This document shows positions 1-12,980 of a stretch of 64,000 nucleotides of DNA, one piece after another; the stretch's first letter is position 1, and every line of letters begins with the position of its first letter. Under the pieces are notes generated by a model, which was not told the origin of the DNA, did not search any database, and worked only from the letters and a program-made list of their open reading frames with translations. The position numbers were made by a program, and so were the translations under genes. Location: NCBI GenBank assembly GCA_026770705.1, contig JANJGN010000003.1, positions 209,870,001 through 209,934,000 on the forward strand, given 5' to 3'. The DNA is from Isurus oxyrinchus. Lineage: Eukaryota.

Positions 1-499
1 GGAAAGCTCAGCAATTTCCACTTTTGTTCTGTACATTAATATTTACGTGCAGGTCCTATGATTTTTCTTTGTTTTTTAATCTGTGCCTATTGAATAATTT
101 TAGTGCTTTGTTTACTTAATGTTTTAGTAACTTGGTTCTTGCAGTGTAGAATTTAGTTGTCATTTTATGGGTTTTCTGACCTGGCAGTCATATTTTCTCA
201 TCCATTTAATTTACTTTTTCTTTGAACTGCAATGGAGGAACAGTTTGGAAATATTTTAGATTAATTTGTTGGTCAGTTGTTTGAAGGTTGCAAGAAGACA
301 GATATAACTTTATAAATGGGACACCTAGTTTTCATTCATGGGATGTGAGCATTGCTGACAAGGCTAGTATTTAATACTCATCCCTAATTGCCCTTGAGAT
401 CCACCTGCTTGAACTGCTGCAAACTTGGGAGAGGTTGGGGGGGTGGTGCAGGGGCCTGCGGGGGAATGTGAGGAAGAACTTTAAACACAGCAAGTGGTA

Positions 500-930
500 A
501 ATAACCTGGAACCCACTGCCAACAATGCTAGTGGAAGCAGAGACAATGAACGATTTGAAAAGGAAATTGGACGGGCACTTGAGGAACCTAAACTTGCAGG
601 GTTATGGGGATTGAGTCGAGGAATGGAAGTGACTGGACTGCGCTACAGAGAGCTGGCATGGATTCAGTGGGCTGAGTGGTCTCCTTTGCCATCATGATCG
701 CTCAATACCTTAAATCTGTCTCCCTTAGTCTTTGCATCATTTGGTGGGAACAGTTTTACTTTGGCTACCTTATCTAAACCTGTCATAGTCTTCTGTACCT
801 CTATCAAATCTCCCTTCAATCTCCTATGTTCCAATGAGAACAACCCAGCTTCTACAACCTAAACTCGTAACTAAAATTCCTTATCCCTGGAACCATTCTG
901 GTAAATCTGCTCAGCACCCCGTCAAGGACA
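500..930. mobile_element. Two degraded CR1-like LINE 3' fragments (about 500-700 on +, about 705-930 on -)
   Basis: Similarity to the 3' ends of other CR1 copies in this window. Confidence 0.55.
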
Positions 931-2862
931 CATTGTAAAATGTTTTCTGAGAGGAGATTGGCAAGAGGGCTATTTATGTTGAATTCTGTGGTACAGAAAA
1001 CATTTTGTCGCAATGGCCATCAATCTTACGTGAAGGAACCTTTCTTTTGCGTTCAGTCTGGATTACCAACCTTTAAATAATATGCAATTGTTTTTTCTAC
1101 TGATAACCAAGAGTACCTCTAAAATGTATTTTTCCCCAAGTTGTGGACTGGTTTACTGGCATGGATTTAAATGCTGTACAGGGAAGGCAAGGGGAAGTAA
1201 TCTATTTTAGAACCTAGAACCTGTGGCAACTTGTGTTCCTGGTCTTCTAAATCACTGTGGCACAAAATAGTCAGGAATTGTGTCTGTGATTTTTCCATGT
1301 GGTAAGGTTCTGGTTTCAACTGGGATATTGTGGCTGGAGGCTGTCTGGGGGCACAGAGAATTTAAGAGGCCAAATCCATCCATGCTGCACTTGTGCATTT
1401 AATAGTGAGCTGAGAGCAACATATGCAGAAGGCTGAAATAAAGTATGTTGCATTATTGTAATTTGTCCTGTCTGTGAGCTCTTGTGTAAAATAAAAGGCT
1501 TGAATTATAGACTTGACTGTCGCATGGGGCATCTTGACAATGCAATTCATAATGCGTATTGAGAGAACTTAGCTAATCCTCATCCTTCTCTTCGTCTCCC
1601 TAAAAGTTGCAGTATGTGAAAGGTTTGTTGTTCCACGGGCTGTGAAGAAATGAGTGAAGGAGGTAATGGTAGAAAATTTGATTGTTAGCAAAAGAGGCAG
1701 GCATTTCTGTAGCCGAAAACATGACTCCAGGGTGGCACGTTACCTTCCTGGTGCAGGGTCAAGGATGTCATTGAGAAGCTGCAGAACAACCTGAGGTGGG
1801 AGGGAGGCCATTGTCCATGGGACTCTCAAATCTAGACATCCCCTCGATGGCAAAGAGCATACAGAGTAAGCTAAGGCAAAGAAAAAGCTTATGTCAGATG
1901 CCAAAAGATCAGTACTGTAGAAAACCCAGGGAAGTATCATAAGTGAAGTGGTGAAATTAAAAAGGAAATTGGGGAAGCAGAGCGGGCATCAAAACATAAT
2001 TGCAAATAAAATCAAGGATAACCCAAAGACGTTTTATAAATACATAAAGAGTAGGGCCAATTAGAGACGAAAAAGGTAACTTGTGTGTGGAGGCAAAGAC
2101 ATGAGTATAGTTCTTAATAAATACTTTGCATCTGTTTTCACAAAAGAAGGGGAATGAAGCGAACGTTGTAGTTGAGACGAGGAATGTGAAATATTGGATT
2201 AATAAACATAGTGAAGGAAGAAATATTAAGGTGTCTAGCATCCTTGAAAGTGGATAAATCACTAGGCTTGGAAGAAAATATATCCCAGGCTGCTAAAGGA
2301 AGAAATACTGGAAGTTCTGACCATCATTTTACAATCCTATCTGGCTGCAGGCATGGTACTGGAGGATCACTGACATTGTGCCGTTGTTTAAAAAAGGAGG
2401 AAATACAGGCCAGTCAGCTTAATTTCAATGGTGGGCAAATTATTGGAAAAAATTCTGAACATATGTATTATATTTTACAACGGCATGGATTAATCAAGGA
2501 CAGTCAGCATGGATTTGCCAAGGGAAGATCATGTCTGACTAACTTGATCTAATTTTTGAGGAGGTAATGGTGGGGAGTTGGGATGGGGGGATGTCAATGA
2601 GGTTAGTCCATTTGATGTAGTCTGCATGGATTTTAGCAATGTTTTTGACAAGGTCCCACATGGCAGACTGATCAGAAAATTAAAAACTCTTGGGATCAAA
2701 GGAAAAGTGGCAAGTTTGATTCAAAATTGGCTCAGTGACACTGAACAAAGAGATATAGCAGACTGGTGTTTTTGTGACTGGAAGACTGTCCCCGAGGGGT
2801 TCCTCAGGGCTCGGTACTATCCCTTGCTATGTTATATATTAGTGATTTCAGCATAAATATTG

Positions 2863-3571
2863 AACTTAGGAACTAGGAGCAGGAGTAAGCAATTTTGGCT
2901 TCAACTCCAATTTCCTGCCCTCTGCCCATAACCTTTCAACCCGTTACTAATTAAAAATCTGTCTACCTCCTCCTTAAATTTATTCAGCTTCCTGACATCA
3001 GCTGCACTCTGAGGTAGTGAATTCCACAGATTCACGACCCTTTGAGAAAAGTAATCCCTCCTCATCTCTAATTTAAATCTACCACCCCTGAGCCTAAAAC
3101 TATGGCCTCTCGTTCTAGAATGCCCCACAAGGAGAAACATCTGCTCCACATCTACTTTGTCTACCCCCTTTAGCATCTTATATATCTCCTCTCGTCCTTC
3201 TAAACTGTAGCAAATATAGGCCTAAATTGCTCAATCTATCCTCATAGGAAAAGCCCCACATCTCTGGAATCAATCTAGTGAACCTCCTCTGAACTGCCTC
3301 CAATGCAACTACAAACTTCCTCAAGTAAGGGGACCAAAACTGTGCACAGTACTCCAGTTGCGGTCTCACCAATGCTTTGTACAGATGCGGTCTCAGCAAT
3401 GCCTTGTACAGTTGCAACAACACTTCCCTATTTTTATACTCCATTCCTTTAGCAATAAATGCCAAAATTCCATTTGCCTTCCTTATTACCCGCTGTACTG
3501 CATACTAGCTTTCAGCAATGCACGAGGATACACAGATCCCTCTACACTGAAGCATTCTGAAGTTTCTCTCC
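2863..3571 (-). mobile_element. 5'-truncated CR1 LINE nested in the older CR1
   Basis: ORFs 2901..3176 and 3178..3465 encode the CR1 ORF2 C-terminus (LEYCAQFWSPY, FSQRVVNLWNSLP); TSD atattg at 2857-2862 and 3572-3577; internal 27-bp tandem duplication near 3360-3412. Confidence 0.92.
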
Positions 3572-3630
3572 ATATTGGGTGCATGATTAAGAAGTCTGTA
3601 GATAAGAAAATTTGTTATGTGTTTGATTGT

Positions 3631-4422
3631 TGTTATGACACAGCTGATGGTAAGGGTTTTCCCAGAGGGAAGCTTAAAACAATTGTCATAATCTATTTTT
3701 GCAATTTGTATGTTTCGAGATGCAGGCTTTGAATTCAGTAGTAGTACCATCAGCCCTCGAGATTTTTTACATAAGACTAAAACATTTATTAATTTAATAA
3801 GAAACACATTCAGGTCCACAAATTACTACCATAATAACCTTTAAACCCCAAATCGCCAAATTATTCACTCCCAGATAAATCTTCACCAAGGCAACAATAA
3901 CCTATAGACTTTAAACAGACATTTGACCTTACAAATTCAAAATGAGGTTCCTTGCAGACAGTTGTAGGCATATAAGCTGGTTAGATCTTAAATGCTTCCT
4001 CTTACACACACAAACTCCTTTCTATTTATATCTAGCTTCCCCTTTGAATGTAAGTTTTCCATTGTATTACTAGGTTTTTTAATTTCACCTCTTCTAACAA
4101 TAACACCCTTTGATTCCATCAATTTTATTAGTAAACTGAAAAAGATAAACACGTTGCTTGGCGTCTTCTAGCTAGGTGCAAGATTTCGCCCCCAGCCTTG
4201 AATGGTTTATTCAACAAATGCAAATGTACCCCCTTGACACCTATGTTCCTAAACTTCCCCATGTTTATCTAATTACCATTTCAAACCTCCTCCTTTCTAT
4301 ACATCAGAGCACCCAGACTAGATGGCTTGAATCCAATTAAGACACCCACACAGACAGACACCACTAAAGTATTTTAAAAAATAATTTCCAATAATATTAT
4401 AGACGTTAATCTCTTCATGACA
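3631..4422 (-). mobile_element. Solo LTR (family A), nested in CR1
   Basis: Ends tgttatga...tcatgaca (TG..CA); homologous to 24526-25338 and 26294-27068; CR1 RT sequence resumes on both sides; TSD degraded. Confidence 0.8.
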
Positions 4423-5309
4423 CAGTGAGGAAGGAAACTAGGCTGCAGGAAGTTAGCAATGGACTGGTCAGGTGGACAGAAAAGTGGCAAATGGGATTCA
4501 ATCCAGAAAAATGTGAGGTAAGGCATTTTGGGGAGGACGCACAAGGCAAGGGATATATAATAAAGGTTGGTTTCTGCAAAGCGTAGAGGAACAAAGAGAC
4601 CTTGGAGTGTATGTCCTTTGATCCTAGATGATAGCAAGACTGACATGAATAAGGTGATCAAAAAAGCATACAGAATGCTTTCCTTTATTAGCTGAAGTCT
4701 AGAGTATAAAGCAGGACGGTTATGTTAGAACTGTATAAAACATTAATTAGATTGCAACTAGAGAACTATTCACAGCATTACATGAAGGATATGGTTGCAT
4801 TACAAAGGAGATTTATGAAGAATAGCCAGGAAGGAGAATTTTAGCTATGAAGAAATATTAAATAGGCTCAATTTGTTTTCTTTGGAACAGAGGAAGTTGA
4901 GGGGGTTTAATTGAAGTGTATCACATTGAGGGGTCTAGATAGTGTGGATAGAGGGGACCTCTATCTGTTAGTAGAAAAGTCAATGTCCAGACGATATAGA
5001 TTTAAAGTAATTGGTAGAAGAGCTGGAGACAAATTGAGAAATGTTTTCACCCAGATGGTGGTGGTGGGGGATCTGGAACTCACTGCCTGAAAGGGTAGCA
5101 GAAACCCTTATCACATTTTTTAAAAATGGATATGCATTTGAGGTGCTATAACCTGCAGGGCTGCAGACCAAGTGCTGGAAGGTGGAATTAGACTGGACTC
5201 TCTTTCTATAAGTCTCTTTCAACCAGCAGTCTCAGTGGTCTGAATGACCTCCTTTTGCACTGTAAATCTTTTTATGTTTGTATGAAATTTTCATGGTTCT
5301 GCCTTTATA

Positions 5310-5780
5310 TAAATTTAGGAGGAATGTTAAGGCATTGGAGAGGGTGCAGAAAATATCTTCTAAGATAATAGCACGCATGAGACTGTTAGGTTATGAGGAG
5401 AGACCAGAAAAATAGGAACTCTTTTCAATGTAACATGGAAGGTTGTAGAGCAATCTGATAGAGATATTCAAAATCCAGAAAGGTTTTGATGAGCTTATTG
5501 GAAAATAATTGTTTCCACTTGTCATTAACTAGAAGGAATAGATTTAAGATCATCAAAAGTGCAGTTTTTTTTGTCCAGATGGTTATTGGAGCAATGAATG
5601 CTCTACTAGAAATGATGATGGAAAATCAATTGATAATAGCTTTTAAAAGGCAAGCGAACATATAATTGAGTTTCTTTAAAGGGCATGAGACTGAGTAGGT
5701 AGCTCTTTCAGAGACCTGGCACAGGTGCACTGGGCTGAATGCTTTTACCTATGCTGTAAGGTTTATAAGAATTCTATGAA
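5310..5780 (+). mobile_element. Degraded CR1 3' fragment
   Basis: ALERVQK-like coding remnant followed by a CR1-type 3' UTR. Confidence 0.6.
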
Positions 5781-5828
5781 ACTTTTTCACACTTTAACCT
5801 AATTGCTAAGTTTATGTTCTTATTACAG

Positions 5829-5904
5829 GATGATTTTGCCCACAATCGAGAATTTATAACATTGGTAGTTTACCAGACTGGAGGAAAGAAGGTTTACTAT
5901 CCAA
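5829..5904 (+). CDS. CAPN7: Calpain-7 coding exon (DDFAHNREFITLVVYQTGGKKVYYP-)
   Basis: ttacag acceptor, gtaagt donor; translation matches recalled vertebrate CAPN7 DDFANNREFITMVVYKTDGKKVYYP; phase joins next exon (a+gc=Ser). Confidence 0.95.
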
Positions 5905-6146
5905 GTAAGTATGACCTTTATGGAAATGGCAGACCTATAAGATTTTAGAGGAGCTCTGGGAAGGTTAAAGTGAAGCCAGTGCATAAAACTTAAGAATGTT
6001 TTTTTTTAAACCATTCTGATGGCATATAGAAAGGGAATAAATCGCTACAAAAAGTAATGTAGCAAGTCCAAGAACGAGGAATTCTGAAGTAACTTAAAAC
6101 CAAAGCAGAAATATTTTAAGGTCCAGCGAAATAAACTGTATTGCTG

Positions 6147-6575
6147 AAAAAAAAGAGACTTTTGTCGAAGCTTTTCATCTTGCACTCATCAGGGTAATTC
6201 ACAAGAAAATACCGATGTCAGGGGAAACAACATATTTATACTGTATGAGAAGAGAGTGCTGATTGGTTGGCAAGTGGACTCTGATTGGTAGAGGCATTGC
6301 CATGGAGAATGCATCAATTGATTGTGACTGACAGTTAACTGCTGCTAAGTATTGGTTGAAATTTAAACCAGACAGCTTGACACTGGTCAAGATATTGCCC
6401 GAGGAATGAACCAGCAAATGGATGTCACCTATTTTGGTTAGCTGCAACATATGCAATGTGTGTGCTTGTCCTTTCTATCTCCAAAGAACAGAGCCCTGTG
6501 TATTAATATATGTAACTTCCAGTACACGCAAATGCATCAAACTGCAAGCCTGACTGACTATATTAAATTGGACAC
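6147..6575 (-). mobile_element. Penelope-like element terminal fragment carrying a hammerhead motif
   Basis: Minus strand contains CTGATGA-gtgcaagat-GAAA-agct-TC, the minimal hammerhead layout typical of Penelope-like termini; boundaries approximate. Confidence 0.6.
6163..6196 (-). ncRNA. Minimal type I hammerhead ribozyme motif (core intact, stem I degenerate)
   Basis: 5'-tacc CTGATGA gtgcaagat GAAA agct TC gaca-3'; palindromic AAGCTT stem III; two mismatches in stem I. Confidence 0.55.
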
Positions 6576-7094
6576 TATAAGGAATGTGATTTGTACAGAA
6601 GTGAGTGGAGAAGTTCAGTGAATGATGAACAAGGAGACCTGATAGAATTATGGACTATAAAGAGTGAAAAGGATCCCAAAGTATTTTTGTACTTGTTGAT
6701 CTCTCATGGTGCCATGCCAGATCAAGTCTGAGCAAGCGGGATTAAAAATGAATAGTGGAAATCCAATCGGGTTCATTTAACTTGTAGTATGAGCATAGAC
6801 TTATAGGACACAAATATGAAATCCACAAGCCTCGAGCAAATTTGAGATTTAAAAAAATGTCATTCCACAGGTTTGTCGAAATGTGAAATGGAATTTTTGA
6901 TAAATCTGTTTATGGTAGATCAACTAATTCATTTTTTTTAAATAGGCCTTTTGGGTTAGGAATTAAATTAAGGGCTAGGGTTAGAAATTGATTTAGAGTT
7001 GATCACAGTTTTGTAGGCAAATGTCACAGCCAATTTGTGCACAGCCAGGTTCCATAAACGACCGGATAATCTGAATGTAAATCTCTACTGCAAC

Positions 7095-7830
7095 AACCGT
7101 ATTTATATAACAACTTTTAACATAGTAAAATGTCTCAAAGGGTTTAGCAGGAGCATTATCAAACAAAATTTGACACCAAGCCAAATAAGGTATTAGGGCA
7201 AGTGATTAAAAACTTGGTCAAAAAGGTTAGGTTTTTAAGGAGTATCTTAAAGGAGAGTAAAGAGCCAAATTGGCTTAGCGGAGGAATTCCAGAGTTTGAA
7301 GGCTAAGCTGCTGAAGGAGTGACCGCCATTAATGGTGCAAAGGGAATCCAGGATGCACAAGAGACCAGATTTATCCAATCTTTGTAGGAATGGAAGAAGT
7401 TATAGAATTATGAGGGAGTGAGATTATGGAGGAATATGAAGACAAATGAAAATTTTGGAATGGAGGCGTTGTGGTTCAGGACCCAGTGTAGATCAGCAAG
7501 CATAGAGATTATGGATGAATGGGACTTGATACAAGTTCAAATATTTGCTGTAGACTTTTGGATGAGTTTAGCTTTATGGAGGGTACAAGATGGTAAGCCA
7601 GTCAGGTGGGCATTGGGATAGTTGAGTCTAGAGGTAACAAAAGCAGGCTGGAGACAGAAGCTGCTATGGAGGTGAAAGTAGACAGTCTTTTTGATGGAGG
7701 GAATATGGGTTCGGGATCTGATAAGGGTCAAGTCACTTCAAATTTGGGAGCAGTCATCCTTTGCCTGAGATAATGGCCAGGGAGGAGGATGGAATCAGTG
7801 GCTAGGAAACAGACTTTGTGGGAGGTCCCA
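7095..7830 (-). mobile_element. L2-clade LINE 3' fragment
   Basis: ORF 7537..7731 AFVTSRLNYPNAHLTGLPSCTLHK resembles the L2 ORF2 C-terminus; 3' tail shared with local SINEs. Confidence 0.8.
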
Positions 7831-8815
7831 CAGACCTCTACCTCCAGAATTATGTCTCTTTACCATGTTAGTTAACAAATTAATCAGATATTGTGAAATG
7901 TTTGTGGTACCATTTAATGTTATTGTAATTTCCTGACTGTTATATGGACCCTATTGTTGAATTACTAGTCAGTTCAGGGTTTGGTAAATGGGTGATTTAT
8001 GTAGCATATTTTCTTCTTGTATGTAGAGCAGTCATACAAGTAAATAGTCTGTTATTCAACAATGTTTTTGGACTGGTGAAAGTCAAATATTTTGCAGAAA
8101 ACCAATTTTGGTGCAAAGCAACTGCATTTAGTGTTGTGGTCAATTTGCTCTCAACATTCTGCTGCTGGCGTTAAAAATCTGGTCAGGCCTCCTGTTATGT
8201 AGCTGAAGAAAGGCAATGAAGTGATTAGCAATGCTTAGAGGTATCTGAGAGCTGTACATGTGCCAGAAAACCTACAGTAACAGAGCAAATGTATGTTTGA
8301 ACCATAAATGCTGAGATGTGAAAATCTTTGATCTGCACACATGTTAATCTTTATAATAAATCTGCATCACACTGCTGTCAGTATTAAAAATATAATGAGA
8401 TTTTAATATTCTGGGCTAACTATAGAAGTAACAATTAGGTAGTGAAAGGTTGCTGCCTCCTTGTCACCTCCTTTCCTGATTGAACATTAAATTTGTCCTT
8501 CATTCTGTCTCTCTAGATCTCCTTCAATATGACCACTCCAGGGATACATATTTGCATTAAAGTGTCTCTATATTAGAACCAGATTGCCACCTATTACAAT
8601 GCCCTACATACTCTAAGCATGTATGACTGTTATTTTCTGAATGGTGTTACTAAATGAAGATTAAGACTATGGTGTTACTAACTAAAGATTAAAACTATAA
8701 TTGCTGTCAGTTATGAGTCTGTACCAGATAAATTCAAAGCTATTCTTGGGTTGCATATGCTGAATTCTTAGCCTAGTTTGGTAGATTTAATTTCAGATAT
8801 TATATTTAATTATAG

Positions 8816-8961
8816 GCGATCCTGCACCATACATTGATGGAATTCGAATAAACAGCCCACATTACCTGACAAAGATCAAGTTGACCACGCCAGGCACAAA
8901 TACGTTTACCTTAGTGGTGTCTCAATATGAGAAGCAGAACACCATCCATTACACGCTCAGG
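8816..8961 (+). CDS. CAPN7: Calpain-7 coding exon (SDPAPYIDGIRINSPHYLTKIKLTTPGTNTFTLVVSQYEKQNTIHYTLR)
   Basis: tatag acceptor, gtacgt donor; near-identical to recalled CAPN7 domain III sequence; partly in ORF 8881..9129. Confidence 0.96.
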
Positions 8962-9399
8962 GTACGTAGGGTATTGCATCGCTTTCGCTTTCTCACTACC
9001 AACTGTAGGTTAAAACTATTATTTCAGTCAAATTATATACTCTGCCCAATGTGTCCAGACTGGTTCCTACCCAAGTGGCTGCGCTTCAAAGCTCTACTGT
9101 ATGAAGTTTCTTTTTTTCAGGATTCCTGAAAGACATGGTGAAATACTAAACAATTCAATTTCTTCCTTCCTACCTATCTGCCGAACAGGTTTGTCATTTG
9201 GCCCTTACTATATAGCTGACTGATTCTAGGCCCTGGTAGGAATGAGTTGAGTCAAAGGTGGAAGCATGAGATCTGTACACTGAGTCATTGGAATCAGGTG
9301 GGTGTTGTAGGGAGGGAGAGTGATTAGAAAAATACGTGTGACTGGAAGAAACTGGCAGGGCTAGACGAGGGGCAGTAGTGTAGTAGGAAACCAGGAAAA

Positions 9400-9825
9400 G
9401 AATACTTGCATGTTTGTAGCATCATTCACAACCTCAAGACATCCCAAGGTGCTTTACAGCCAATTAACTACTTCTGAAGTGTAGTCACTGTTATAATGTA
9501 GCAATCACAGCAGCCAATTAGTAAACAGTATTGTGGTAATGAGCAGATAATCTATTTTATTGGTTTTGGTTGCCAGATAATGCTTAGGGCACCTGGAAAA
9601 GCTCCCTGCTTTTCTTCAAAATAGCAAGAACTTTTAAGTCCACCTGAGAAGACAGACTGGCCCTTGTTTCAGTGTCTCACCTGAAAGACAGCACCGCCAA
9701 CAGTGCAACTCTCCCTCAGTAGTGATTTGAACTGTCAGACTAGATTTATGTGCTCAAGTCGCTGGATTGGTACCTGAATGCACAACCTGAGTCAAAAATG
9801 CTATCCGGGCACAGAGTTACAAGTG
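9400..9825 (-). mobile_element. tRNA-derived Deu-type SINE (SacSINE1-like) with L2-like tail
   Basis: Same body recurs many times in the window (gtccacctgag..., ctccctcagtactgcactg..., gtgctcaagtc). Confidence 0.75.
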
Positions 9826-10256
9826 CCAAGGTAGAAAATTGTGGTTTGGAACAGCAGCCAGTGGATATGAGGTAACCCTGCATCAAAGAAAGGGGAGAGG
9901 GTGAAAGGGTTGCTTGAGGAAAAGGTTGCATAGCCCATTCCCACTTGCTGTCAGGACTCTCATTTCATTAATGTAAGGGACCAGGTAGTGACAGGACCCT
10001 AACAGGAAATCGATGCATTCTGGAGAGAAGAAAAACAAATTGAGGAAAAATATGATTTAAAAACAATAAACCGCGACTAAAATTGAAAAATGCTGCTGAA
10101 TAGTTTCCTTATAAATTATGATTTGCTAGTCTGTCACTTCTGTGGGATATTGAGTATCTCTAAGCTGTGTAGTTTATTTTGCTCATCTCTGATCTACTGG
10201 CACAAATTAACAGAAAATATGTTGATCAGTCATAGGATTTTTTTTCTTTCTAACAG

Positions 10257-10319
10257 GTATACGCTATGTGCAAATACACATTTTCAAAGATCCCATTTCC
10301 ATACACGCACTATAAGAGG
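10257..10319 (+). CDS. CAPN7: Calpain-7 coding exon (VYAMCKYTFSKIPFPYTHYKR)
   Basis: polypyrimidine tract + taacag acceptor, gtgagt donor, 63 nt in frame; resembles human VYSACSFTFSKIPSPYTLSKR. Confidence 0.93.
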
Positions 10320-11539
10320 GTGAGTCTTTCTGGCTTACAAATGTCAGATTAAAATTGTATGTGTATCTGTTGATATTTTCATGTGGTTGCTGGGATTAGG
10401 AGTAGAGCTGATATTTTTTAAGTAGTGTGTGTCCTGGTATGGATTGGAATGGTGCAAGATAGTTGTCAAAAAAAGTTAACTCCATAAATCTCCAATCAAC
10501 TAAAGGAGATCTGAGGCGCAGCAATACAAGCTGTCAGTCTAACCCAAAGTCACCGATCTATCACACAATGCAGCCTGGCACTCAATCTTCAGGCTTGTGA
10601 AGGGTACCATGAATTCATGGGGTCGTTGCAAGTTGCAGTGTGTCTTCCCAAACAGATGGATGTTTTCCATTGGCTGACTTTTTCCATTTGATAATTTTCC
10701 TTCAAAGTTGATGAAGAACCTTCATTAAGTTAAGCCAGTAAAGGCAGTTCTTGATTATCAAAAGAGAATAGAGGGGCAGCTCTTAAGAGTCATACAGACT
10801 CAATATGTTAACTCTGTTTCTCTCTCCACAGGCGCTGCTAGACCTGCTGAGTTTTTCCAGCATTTTCTGTTTTTGTAATAGAGTGGCACTGCTGTCCATA
10901 ATTAAAATGAGAACATTTCTATGATTCCATGAAAACACTTGGATTCCACAGCATAGAAACTTATTGCCAAACAGGAGGCGGCCATTCAGCCCATGGTGCC
11001 TGTGCCAGCTCTTTGAAGGAGCTTTTCAACCTAGTCCTTTCCCCCACTTAGAATTTTAGCAGTTCACCAACGTCCAGAAGATGAAGATAGATGACTGTTT
11101 TGGATATAATGCTTTGTTCAAACACAACTACTGTCATTAAGTCTGTGAAAGGCAGCATATTATTTCTCAGTAAATAACCATCCTTGTCACATCAAGGATG
11201 TGACCCTTAATGTGCTGTGGATGAGTTTGCTCGCCTGGTTGCATTTTTCCAGTTACTGCACTAGGAGTTGGCTACTGCACTTGGCAATCATAATATTAGG
11301 AATTGACTGTTCAATCTAGTTGCCCCTAAATTTCATGGGGTAAATGTTTTCATGGAACTTTATCCTCAAAATAACATCCTGCCTATTCTACGTATTCCAA
11401 GTGTATTTACAGCACAACTGATATATCAGGAATGTAATTCTGTTCTTTATCATTAATGGCAGTCACCTTGAATCACTTAAGTCACATAAGATTGACTTCT
11501 TAATAATTGGACACACTTCTATATTTTTTGTTAGAATGC

Positions 11540-11900
11540 AGATTATGGTTGTCTAATAGAAGTATTTAAGATTGTGACAAGATGGGAGATGGTAGAGCGA
11601 AGCAGGCTATTTCCAGTAGAACAAAAGAGTATAAATAGAAGATTTAGAACAGAATGAAAGAGAAACTTTTCACATGAGAAATTGAGGCTATGGAATTTAC
11701 TTTACAGGGTTGATGTTTGAGGAAAAAATTGTCAGCATTCAAGATTAGATTGTATAGGTAGATGTAAAAGGGGATGAAGGGATATGGGAACAGGGTGGGT
11801 AAATGTGTTTGGAACTATTAGCATGGATAGAGAGTAAATGCCAACACAGATGGGTTGAGCGAATGGCGTGTTTCCGTGTTGTAACTACTATCTATTTCAT
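11540..11900 (+). mobile_element. Degraded CR1-like 3' fragment
   Basis: Similarity to the CR1 C-terminus and 3' UTR. Confidence 0.5.
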
Positions 11901-12203
11901 TATTGATGCAAGGTTCTGTGCATTTTGAAACTGCTGTAATTTTGGCTGCAACATTACGTGCTGCCATTACAGATGGTTCACTGCTGATACTCAAATAATT
12001 TCAGGTGATGTTTCTGTCTGTTCACTCAGTCCCGCAGTTTAAAAATGGAAGAGTCCTTGATATAGCAGAACCATCAGGGATGAAAGAGTTTTGTTGATTT
12101 GATTTTCATTACCTGTTACAAGAGTGGCAAATGCTGAAATGTCTCTTCTGGAATTTCCATGGCTTACATTATCAAAGCTTTTCTGTGTGTGTGATTGTGC
12201 CAG

Positions 12204-12334
12204 GTAAATGGTCAGTGGAAAGGTCAGAGTGCAGGAGGATGTGGGAATTACAGAGACAGCTACAAGAAGAATCCAGTGTATCAAATCACTGTCGAGAAAA
12301 TTGGGCCATTGCTGATCGAACTGCGTGGGCCCAG
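12204..12334 (+). CDS. CAPN7: Calpain-7 coding exon (VNGQWKGQSAGGCGNYRDSYKKNPVYQITVEKIGPLLIELRGPR)
   Basis: ccag acceptor, gttggt donor; SAGGCGN calpain C2-like domain motif; in ORF 12195..12431. Confidence 0.96.
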
Positions 12335-12425
12335 GTTGGTAAAGAATCAAAATAACCTTGGGTTCAGGAATAACTATTTGGTTTCTTTGTTTATTTTTGA
12401 TCACAATAGGAGCTGCACCTTTTTA

Positions 12426-12454
12426 ATATAAATATATATATATATATATATATA
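12426..12454. repeat. (TA)n microsatellite
   Basis: Directly visible. Confidence 0.9.
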
Positions 12455-12980
12455 GAAGATTGAGACACTCTGCTTTTATTTTCAAGGTTGAAAATATCAA
12501 ATATTGCAATATATACTACATAGAAATTGCAGCCCAGAGATGGACCACTCAAACCTACTGATCTATACCGGTGTTTATCCTTCACATGAGCCTCCTTCCA
12601 CCCTACTTCATCTAACTCTATCAGCATATCCTTCTATCCCCTTTTTCCCTGATGTACTTATCAAGCTTCCTCTTAAATACATCTATGCTATTCACCTCAA
12701 CTATGCCTTGTTTTGTTTTATTTGTACATGATATGTGGGGGTCACTGGCTAGTCCAGCATTTATTGCCCATCCCTAAATGGCCTTGAGAAGGTTGTGGTG
12801 AGCTGTCTTCTTGAACTCCTGAAGTCTACGTGGTAGCAAATTCACATTCTGACCATTGTGTTGTTTCTCCCGTATGCCTTATTGAATTTATTAGTGACTT
12901 ATTTATTTATTAGTGGGAGAGAGTGACTATCTTTTATTTATGACGCGTAGTTTTGGATTCTCCCATGAGTAGAAACATTT

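Larger units (their letters stand above)
1690..5290 (+). mobile_element. Decayed CR1-type LINE (ORF1 esterase remnant plus fragmented ORF2 RT and 3' UTR), interrupted by two insertions
   Basis: LPGA(R)VKDV-like esterase remnant near 1740; ORFs 2211..2552 (SQHGFAKGRSCLTNLI) and 2578..2856 (MDFSNVFDKVPHGRLI) are RT motifs; approximate ends. Confidence 0.85.

Noticed and set aside
3360-3412. Short direct repeat (tgcggtctca..aatgc.ttgtacag x2) superficially like a repeat array
   Set aside because: Only a two-unit tandem duplication inside a CR1; no spacers, not CRISPR
1-5828. Search for the preceding CAPN7 exon (NNPQYKLEV...SRHITDK)
   Set aside because: Not found by eye; the region is mostly TE relics and the exon is probably upstream of the window
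10780-10880. Further hammerhead-like remnant (gagtcatacagactc stem)
   Set aside because: Both catalytic boxes are lost; counted only as a decayed Penelope-like terminus
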